In this document: one piece after another, positions 55,156-64,000 of the stretch | Layout of the letters: every line of letters begins with the position of its first letter | Numbering within the stretch: the stretch's first letter is position 1 | Source of the DNA: Flaccisagitta enflata | Taxonomy: Eukaryota | Reading direction: 5' to 3' | NCBI GenBank assembly: GCA_965153355.1 | Contig: OZ231126.1 | Coordinates: 18,910,001 to 18,974,000, forward strand | DNA length: 64,000 nucleotides | Program-made: the position numbers and the translations under genes | The notes under the pieces: generated by a model | Told to the model about the DNA's origin: nothing | What the model saw: the letters and a program-made list of their open reading frames with translations, nothing else | Database searches by the model: none

Positions 55156-57931
55156 ATGGATGACGAAATGGAAACCTACAAGTTGTGGCGTATACGAAAA
55201 ACCATCATGCAGCTCTGTCATGACCGAGGGTACCTCGTCACTCAGGATGAGCTCGATCAAACTCTTGATCAATTTAAGGTGCCATTTATCTTTCATACTG
55301 CTTTGATATATCTCCGGTCGCTTGGTCGCTTGCACGCGCTTTCATATCCCGCTTTGACTGTCGGCCCTGTTGTCTCTGCTTTGGTCAGTAGGTCAATCCA
55401 AATAAATCGCATTTTCAATCATTTTAAATCTTATTCCAGTCTTTTCCAGTCTTTTCCAGTCTTTTCCAGTCTATCCCAGTCTTTCCACGTCTTTCCACGT
55501 CTTTCCACGTCTTTCCCCGTCTTTCCCCGTCTTTCTGTAGAACATGAACAAACCACCCAAGAAGGGCAGGGGCATCGGGTCAATGGAGAAAAGCAAAAGA
55601 CCTACCCCGAATCCAGGAACACAGAAGATCTCCAAGAAGGCCTCTGGGCCAAGGCATGCACTGATGACCACAAAAGCGATGGATGGATGGATAACCCACA
55701 AAATATATCCCCCAAGGCGAAAGCTGATATGTCTCTGTAGTATTTACCCCTCAGGGTACAAATGATCCACTTGTTTATGCAGTTCTTATATTCTTATCAT
55801 TAGGCCCCTTTCGGGCAGTATGTATCTCCATCAAATCTGGGCATAAAATGGCACAAAACAGGAGAAAAACCCATGAGATGTTATCACTTTCAGGGCAGAG
55901 AGAAGACTGAATATAAACGAAACATTTGTAAAAGTAAGCAATAAAATAGGCTTTTGTCAGACTACAGACGTGACTAGAAGCGCCCCCTAGCGGAGCCAAA
56001 ACGAGGCTAAAAAGTAAAGACTCGTTGATAAAGTCACCTCTGATAGAGCTCCATACCTTTATATTGAAATTCATCCAAGCGGTAATTCTGTCACTTTTTC
56101 TCACTTGCGCAGCAAACAAACCCTTCTCTGAATAATGTTTACCACCCATGATGTGGATAGCAATAAATGTTTCAAAATTAAAATTCGTCTCATTCCACTC
56201 CGACTATTTGGTCAAACAAAACGTTAGACATATGTCAAATTCGTGTGATCTCATTCTTAATTTCAAAGAGGTGGGTGGGTGAAGTGCAAATGCCGGAAGA
56301 AGACCAACCATACCCTGGGCAGGACCCCTCAATTCATAAGTTGCCCTGATTGGTGGGTCCTGCTCCCCGCTGAAGGTCTTTAGGTGGATGCAATGTAAAA
56401 GTGGGTACAATACTTATTACAGACTGTTTCTCACTTTGCTTTACCAACCAAACATTCGCTGGTCCATCCGTCCTTTAGTTAAGTCATGATGAACGGAAAT
56501 GTTAGTCAAGTAATAGTTAGAGATAGAGATAGGATAGGACTTATGGACCTTGTCGTCTTGAAACAAACTTTTTTCTTACGTGTCATTGCCAAGGGATGTC
56601 GGCATTGATGGAAATCCGCGTGTGCAAATTGTTTTTGTGAATGGACTGAAATGCGGCTGTCTTCGCTTTTTCTCCGTCGAGACAGAAGCCTGGATGCTGT
56701 CGTAACTCCCACGCGGTGTCACGTGACGTCGTCGCGTCGAGAAGGATTGTCGTAGATGAACAGTGAAATACACAGGTTTTAGACCGGACGCAGATGAATG
56801 TAGGAAGAGGGCATCGGCCCTAGATCTAGAGATCCGTGCGCGATCCTTGGACGATTGACCCCAAATTGCTTGGGGATAGAAGAATAAGGCCCTTTGCAAA
56901 CAGGATATTGGCGTATGGATGAGGGCCGCGTATGAAAGATGGAACATATTCGCTACTGGTTCTCGTCTAAGTGGTGGATGAATGGTCAACTTTTCAATTG
57001 TGTGGGTTGCCTTTGACTTACAGAACTGTTTTATCGGCGGTCGGCCTCTGGCTATTCACCCCTGTTCAACCGCTGACAGTAGCCACTTTATCGTTAAAGC
57101 CAATCTCTAATTTTTTTCGTATTTTTCCCCAAATTTGATCCGGATCAAAAAGAAGTCTCAATATACAATTTTTTTTTAAATTTTTTTGGCTAAAGTCAGT
57201 AACCCTGACAGGTGAGAACTGCGCTACTATCCGACCGCCATGACAAACAAATGGACTTATATTTTTCAACAACATGCGTTGACGTGCTGACATTCGACGT
57301 TACTGTGTGCCATACCTTAATGTAATTTGTGTGGGATTGAGAAATACTGACCGATACTTTTCCTCCCCTTGCCACCAAAGATGCGTCCTCGCGTCTTGAA
57401 ACTTTTTTTTTTGTTTTGTTTATGGAAGAAATCGAATTTGTGTTCTTCGTTCGACGACGACACATAGTGAGGTTGTCGTTTCAGGTGGGGATTGAACTGG
57501 CGTGGTAGTAATGTAGTATAGTAGCCCGTTGGCAGCAACAATTTGTGTGATCGCTTTCTGGTCATTACTGTCGATGTGGATTTGTAACTTGATACTTTGT
57601 TTCGTTTTGTGCCATAAATTTACTGCTTAACTTTTTGCCCATTTATCTCAAATGTGCGTGTAAAATCCCGCTTGATATCTCGGCACCAATGCCGATTGAA
57701 CGATGATTATAACTGGATTGTACTCGTTCATACTGGAAGTCAATATTTACACTTTTACCGAATATACCTCTATTGGATCGCTATGTTTTCCGCCCGTACT
57801 TTCGCGTTAGTCGAACTACAGTGGGTCCCATATATTTTTTCTTTTAGACTCTAAAACTGATGTTGAAATTTAAATTAAAACGTAATTTACAAACGATCGC
57901 TTTCTATTTACAGAACCACAGTAGTGGAATT

Positions 57932-57972
<41 letters not shown>

Positions 57973-60900
57973 AACAACGCGGCAAAGCTGAGGCTGCATA
58001 CGACTGTCGATGTACTGCCGCGGTTGCATCCTTTAAGGACGTGTTCGAGTCGGAGTTGGTATTGGCCTTGGCAATGATGAGAGACTCGATATGCTGAAAA
58101 CCGGCCTTCATGTCGCTGTGAAGTCGTGTAACACGGTCGTCGAGAAGAGCTTGACCAATTTGTAATTCTTCGATGTCGCGACGATTGGCTTCAATTTCGG
58201 GATCGATGTCATAGAAAGCGAGCGAGGACGACGCAGCAATCGGCGCCGTGGAGGCGGCAGCAGCGGCGAGATGAGGTTCTCCATTGGTGACTAACTGTCT
58301 TCCTTTTTCTTCAAATTCAGACGCTTCGAAGTCGACCGCAAATTGGAAGGCTTCGTCGATGTTAATTTTATCGCGTTTGCAGTGGCGACGAAGCTTCTTT
58401 TGTAATTTGACGTTCTCTAAACCTCCGATGAAGCGTTCCACGAGTTGACGCTGATATTCGGTGCTGACATCTTTTAGTTTGGGTTGATAGCGATTGACGC
58501 GTCGTTCAAGCTCGCTTTTGTAAGCTATGAGCGTACGGTTTTCCCTTTTAAAGCTACTGGGGTTAGAAAGGAAGAGCTGCTTTTCTTCCTCGTTTACAAA
58601 AAGCTTCGCTAACTCTTCCTCGAGGTCGTCCCAGTCATCCTTGATATCGTCGCTCAAACTCTGGTAGGCTGACATCGTCGCTCCTGGCTCAAGTTTGCTG
58701 CCAATGAACTTACAACAGGCCTCATCAAGTTCGTCAGCGTCATCGTCCCCATGAGTCAGACCGTGGGCTGCTCTCACATTCTCCCTGAAGTAGTCTCTAA
58801 ATGTTTCCCACACTTGACCGATGCAAAACGTCTTACAGTATATGGCTCTGACTGTTGGTCTCGGCGGCGTTGACGGCGCTGCCTGTGCGTCTGTCAAAAC
58901 TGTCAGTCGGGCTAAAATGTCTGCGAGACTGTCCGGCATTTTGAGAAGGAAGAAAAAAAAACTTGATCAATATATTCTGGCGTTAAAATTTTCGATTTTG
59001 AACTTTTACTTTTTGATTTTTGGGACCCAAGCTGCACTTAACGCTGTCGACGAACACGAATAGTAAGAAGGAACGGAAAAACTACTTCGCTGTTGCGACC
59101 CAATATAAGCATAGGTAAAATACTCGTAGTTTAAAATGGCAAATATACACTACTCTGAAGTGTACTGTACAACTTTACAGTGTTGAATAGACTTCAACGC
59201 GAGATGCGATGAGGCTGATGCCAATAAAGAACAGAGAGGAATTTCGGAAATGATGATCGAAGAAGATAAGAATGGATGATTACAGATGATTAGAAATGGT
59301 GATGAAGTATGATTACAGATGAAATAATGATGACGACTTACTGCCCTGTGCTCAGATGTGGAGTAAAATAAATGGACGCTCTCGCCTTTTTACGAACTCG
59401 GAGAATCAACTTTTTCTTCCTCAAGTGGAATCTGAATTCTGACTCGCATATGGATAAATGAAAACAAACGACGCTTCAATGTGACCTTTCTGAGATGAGC
59501 CTACGTCTCGGTGGGCGGTACCTGACACCTATGTGTCTTGCTTCCTAGAGGTTTAAACCGCCCCTATGCATCATAATCTTAGAGCGGGTTTTGGGGCTGC
59601 TTCCCGGACCTAATCCCGACGAAAGCTCCTTTGCTCAGCTTGCGCTGGCCCCACGACTACGGCTGCTCTCACCGCAAAACTGAAACTTAGAAGGTCGATG
59701 AACTAATGGCAGATAAACTGAAGAAAGGTATTCCTTGACTCGGTTGCGGGATTTTGGCCTAGATACGCGCGAAAAAGTGCAGATTGACTTTTTTCCCGGG
59801 CTTGAGGCACCAGGTGTAGAACATGAACAAACCACCCAAGAAGGGCAGGGGCATCGGGTCAATGGAGAAAAGCAAAAGACCTACCCCGAATCCAGGAACA
59901 CAGAAGATCTCCAAGAAGGCCTCTGGGCCAAGGCATGCACTGATGACCACAAAAGCGATGGATGGATGGATAACCCACAAAATATATCCCCCAAGGCGAA
60001 AGCTGATATGTCTCTGTAGTATTTACCCCTCAGGGTACAAATGATCCACTTGTTTATGCAGTTCTTATATTCTTATCATTAGGCCCCTTTCGGGCAGTAT
60101 GTATCTCCATCAAATCTGGGCATAAAATGGCACAAAACAGGAGAAAAACCCATGAGATGTTATCACTTTCAGGGCAGAGAGAAGACTGAATATAAACGAA
60201 ACATTTGTAAAAGTAAGCAATAAAATAGGCTTTTGTCAGACTACAGACGTGACTAGAAGCGCCCCCTAGCGGAGCCAAAACGAGGCTAAAAATGATACAC
60301 GGTCGAGGCTAAACAAAATAGCAACAGAAAAATGGCGCGGGCGTGGATGCTCATTGGGTCAGGGTTCAACATTTCCCCAGTCTTTCCCCAGTCTTTCCCC
60401 AGTCTTTCCCCAGTCTTTCCCCAGTCTTTCCCCAGTCTTTCCCCAGTCTTTCCCCATTCTATCCCCATTCTATCCCCAGTCTTTCCCCAGTCTTTCCCCA
60501 GTCTTTCCCCAGTCTTTCCCCAGTCTTTCCCCAGTCTTTCCCCAGTCTTTCCCCAGTCTTTCCCCAGTCTTTCCCCAGTCTTTCCCCAGTCTTTCCCCAG
60601 TCTTTCCCCAGTCTTTCCCCAGTCTTTCCCCAGTCTTTCCCCAGTCTTTCCCCAGTCTTTCCCCAGTCTTTCCCCAGTCTTTCCCCAGTTGACAATGACG
60701 CCAAGAAAAGTGTAAGCAGAAATGGTTACTGCTAGATATTTGACCCCCCTCCTATCGATATTTTCACCACGTCTGTACAACTCACGTACATTTACAGGCG
60801 CAGTTCGGTGACAAGCCGTCGGAGCGACGCCCGTCTCGGAACGATCTCATCATTTTGGTGGCCCACAATGACGATCCGACGGACCAGATGTTCATCTTTT

Positions 60901-63199
60901 TCCCCGAGGAACCAAAGGTATCGAGTTCACATCTTAAGCGAGTGGGGCCAACTGAGTGCGCCTTGTGGCTCATCAGTGCAGTCGTCACCCTCGACCGGGT
61001 TAGATGGATGGACACAAGTCTGATGTCGTATAGGGACGGGTGGGTCTGTCAAAACTTAAGTCTTTTTCTCGTAAAACAGAAAAAAGATATTTAGCCCGAT
61101 TTCGACCTGGGGTAGATTGAAATGGGTAACTCATTTTACCTTATACAGTACTTTCCGAGCAAACCCTGCTAAAACTGGAGGATTAATTTTTGTTACTTTA
61201 ATTTCAATTCCCAAGCTTATTTTTTGTATCTAACTTAATTAAAAAATACTTAATTCCTTGAACATATTTGGCTGTGAAAAAAAATAACTCGTGAAATCAA
61301 AGTGCATGAAGACATCAGAATTGAGTGTTCTAACCCAGACCATTGGATTTGGCAGAAAATTTTACCTATCCTAGACTACAAGAACAGCTCAGTCAGACAA
61401 CTATTTAAGATTTTATGGCCATTTAAAGTTTTTAAGGACAATTGTCCTAAATTATTTTGAGACAATTGTCCTTAAAAATTTGAAATGGCTATAAAATCTG
61501 AAATAATTATCTGACTTGAGCTGTTCTTGTAGTCTAAGATAGGTAAAATTTTCTGCCGAATGATGTCTTCATGCACTATGATTTCACGAGTTATTTTTTT
61601 TGACAGCCAAATATATTCAAGGAATTAAGTATCTTTTAATTAAGTTAGATACAAAAAATTTAGTTTGGGAAATGAAATTAAAGTAACAAAAATTAATCCT
61701 CCAGTTTTAGCCGGGTTTGCTCGGAAGGTACCGTCACACGGGGCTAATCGGGACACTTTTTGGAAATACTTCTCTGTATCTTTGGTGTGCCCAGAGTTAC
61801 ATATCTGCAACTTACCCTCTCAGTTACCATTGATGAAGGGCTTTTTGCACACCACTAACCAAAATCCAAAATTAACCCCTTGGGGGAGTTTTAATTACAG
61901 AAAGGTGCTGTCCCTATTAGCCCCGTAGTGGGGCTAATAGGGACAGATATTCTCCTTTAGTTATACATCGCACAAAGGTCACATAATTGATGACTTTTTT
62001 ATGGAATGCTGTTAATTGAGTCTATTTAGGGACAATAGTACCAAAATTGCAATAATAATCATATCGAATTCAGATTTTTCAGTATTTGTTTATTTTGTCC
62101 CTATTAGCCCCAAAAACACAAAAAAAGCGGGGCTAATAGGGACAGAACATATAAATATTGAAAATTTCTAAACCCGGTCTGACTATTAATGTAATTCTGG
62201 TACTATTGTCCTTAAATAGACTCTTTCAACAGTATTGCATGAAAAATTATTGATCATATGACCCTTAGCATAGCTTAACATAGTGTCCCGATTAGCCCCG
62301 TGTTTTTCAAAAAAATTGATTATTTACATAATTTTAGTTTGTAAACAAACTAGTTCTTTCAAAAAATCCTCATGCATGGACCTCAGAGTTACTAACTTCT
62401 TTAAGTTGAAGATACCAAGAGATCACACTGATTATTTCTTCCAGTGATGAGTCAGAGCGGCAATTTTTAGGCTATGTCAATTTTTGATTTTTTCCATATT
62501 GTTTGCATTTCAAGTTTAAAGCGATTTAAAACGGTTATAAAACAACATAGACTGCTGTATGTCACCTTGAATTAACTAAATATTGGACAAATGATGATAG
62601 AAACAAAAAAAAGTTGACCGGGTTTAAATTATCACATTGAGAACCATTTTTTAGATTGCTGTCCCGATTAGCCCCGTGTGACGGTACTGTACGTACACCT
62701 CCAATTCATGATAACAAAATTTAAAAAAGAAAGATCAAATTGTAGAACTAGGAAGAAGATAAATAAAAAACGACTTGCGAGACTCATTTCCAATTGACTT
62801 TTTATTTAGGTTGGCATTAAAACCATCAAGGCGTATTGTCAGCGTATGCAAGAGGAGAACATCACCCGCGCGATTATCATCGTTCAAAACGGCATGACTC
62901 CATCGGCCAAGCAGTCCCTCACCGACATGCAACCCAAGTATTTGCTCGAACAGTTTCTAGAGGCGGAACTGCTGGTCAACATCACGGAACACGAATTGGT
63001 GCCGGAGCACGTGGTGCTCACCGCCGACGAAAAGACCGAACTGTTGTCCCGCTACAAACTCAAAGATGTTCAACTGCCCAAGATCCAGATGGGTGACCCG
63101 GTAGCGCGTTATTTGGGACTGAAAAGAGGTCAGGTTGTCAAAATCGTTAGACCCAGCGAAACGGCCGGGAGGTACGTCTCGTATCGTCTCGTTTGTTGA
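55156..63199 (+). CDS. POLR2E: DNA-directed RNA polymerases I, II and III subunit RPABC1 (RPB5), 210 aa (exons 55156-55278, 60798-60917, 62810-63199)
   Basis: [28 protein letters not shown]...[27 protein letters not shown]...[21 protein letters not shown] matches RPB5. Two phase-0 GT-AG introns give 633 nt, the canonical 210-aa length. Confidence 0.97.
57971..58939 (-). CDS. gag: Retrotransposon Gag (capsid) protein, 322 aa
   Basis: Ty3/gypsy capsid-like pattern (WETFRDYF...AYQSL...[12 protein letters not shown]...LVERFIGGL...IDEAFQFA), placed downstream of the PBS between the LTRs. Confidence 0.85.
59795..59812 (-). promoter_or_regulatory. Primer-binding site TGGTGCCTCAAGCCCGGG
   Basis: Starts 2 nt after the LTR end with TGG, complementary to tRNA CCA. 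It resembles the tRNA-Phe-type PBS TGGTGCCGAAACCCGGG, but the tRNA identity is unconfirmed. Confidence 0.75.
60372..60689. repeat. 11-bp minisatellite (CCCCAGTCTTT)n; its other half is at ~55435-55535
   Basis: Tandem array on both sides of the LTR element. Confidence 0.95.
61146..62689. mobile_element. TA-flanked MITE (Tc1/mariner/pogo-like) whose left TIR is split by a 578-bp palindromic MITE (61151-61728)
   Basis: Outer: TA-CAGTA[insert]CCGTCACACGGGGCTAATCGGGACA...TGTCCCGATTAGCCCCGTGTGACGGTACTG-TA. Inner: TA-CTTTCCGAGCAAACC...GGTTTGCTCGGAAGG-TA. Confidence 0.85.
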
Positions 63200-63527
63200 T
63201 TGATAGTTTATGGCTGTGTAGACGTCGATGTTCCAATCTGTTCATTCTTGTTACTGATTTTTCAATATTGTAGTAGTTCGTGAACAGTCTAGCGATGTAT
63301 GTTTTGTTTTGGAAACATACAGGGATGTTTTGTTTTCGAGTTTCGTTCCATTGAGATTCCTCACGTTGCTGTTGATATACAAAGGCTTTTCAGATCTGGA
63401 AGAGCCCTTTCTATTCTCTCAATTTTTTGTTCTTTTTGCCGTGTTTACAAGAAGCTTTGGTCATAGACTTAGTGTATATTCGAGCGAGAAAAAAAGACGA
63501 ACCTAGAAGAAGAAACTAACTGTAACA

Positions 63528-64000
63528 ATGCGTTTCCGCTTTTGCGGGGACTTGGATTGTCCCGATTGGGTCCTCGCCGAGATTCAGACTCTTTCTAAAT
63601 TGACCTCCGTGAAATTCCGACTTTTGTGTTCGCAAGTGACCAAATCTATCGTCGATACCTCCGCCAGCGCCGACGTCGACTCGTCCTCGTTGGACGTCGC
63701 CAAACTGGAGAAGCTCTGCGCCGACGCCAAATTCGAATGGAACGACGTCAAAGCCGCCGTCGCGGCGCTTCATTTCATCGTCACCAACGCCGCTAAATAC
63801 GGCGTCACTGTCGAGGAACTTTCCGACGAAATTCAGCAGTTGGGCTTGCCAAAAGAGCACGCGACTGGTTTAGGCAAAGTCTACTCCGATCACTCGTCCG
63901 CGGTTCAAAGCCGGCTGAAAGAGAAAAGCCTCAAGCTCAATTCTTTGGAGAAAGTCGACTGGCGAGTGGATTACGTGTTGGGATCGAGCGTCGAACCGGA
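63528..64000 (+). CDS. COMMD4: COMM domain-containing protein 4 (5' part, runs off the window)
   Basis: [37 protein letters not shown]...QQLGLPKEH...VDWRVDYVL matches the COMMD4 N-terminus. The frame is open and intronless to the window end. Confidence 0.95.
   Translation, partial: MRFRFCGDLDCPDWVLAEIQTLSKLTSVKFRLLCSQVTKSIVDTSASADVDSSSLDVAKLEKLCADAKFEWNDVKAAVAALHFIVTNAAKYGVTVEELSDEIQQLGLPKEHATGLGKVYSDHSSAVQSRLKEKSLKLNSLEKVDWRVDYVLGSSVEP

Larger units (their letters stand above)
55536..60371 (-). mobile_element. Ty3/gypsy-type LTR retroelement, gag-only, antisense in RPB5 intron 1
   Basis: 478-bp direct repeats at 55536-56013 and 59815-60292 look identical. The full LTR (59815-60371) reads TGTAG...CAACA, and TTTC flanks both element ends. 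A PBS follows the 5' LTR and a gag ORF lies inside. Confidence 0.9.

Noticed and set aside
55661-55735. CTGATGA...GAAA in the LTR as a hammerhead ribozyme
   Set aside because: No closing stem II pair, no stems I or III, and it is antisense to the element.
54943-55740. 265-aa ORF as a single gene
   Set aside because: Chimeric read-through of upstream sequence, RPB5 exon 1, intron, minisatellite and LTR.
60955-60985. Minus-strand CTGATGA-GCC-ACAA-GGC as a hammerhead core
   Set aside because: Followed by GCAC rather than GAAA, and no stem I partner was found.

Overview
Repeat-rich genomic DNA from an invertebrate animal, judged from GT-AG introns, dense microsatellites and TTAGGG-type repeats. 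Most short ORFs in the track are microsatellite artefacts. Supported genes: (1) an intronless SMB-domain family-B-like 7TM receptor (minus, 16149-18401); (2) a four-exon small secreted protein with a TATA+Inr promoter that the ORF track captures only as a fragment (minus, 19186-22108); (3) a three-exon Ig-superfamily type I membrane protein (44359-46362); (4) RPB5/POLR2E (three exons, 55156-63199); (5) the 5' part of COMMD4, starting only 328 bp downstream of RPB5 on the same strand. A further spliced minus-strand gene fragment is tentative (7422-9234). RPB5 intron 1 holds a young antisense LTR element with an intact gag but no recognisable pol. The rest is largely non-autonomous DNA elements, often nested: Helentron-associated (HINE/DINE-1-like) repeats, hAT- and MULE-type MITEs with intact TSDs, TA-flanked palindromic MITEs, a Chapaev-like foldback, and a 3.7-kb TIR element with ~359-bp tandem arrays. 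Highlights: the gag-only LTR element, a possible RPB5-COMMD4 operon, the hidden secreted gene next to the receptor, and CpG decay in a transposon while housekeeping exons stay CpG-rich. All calls are by eye; no searches were run.
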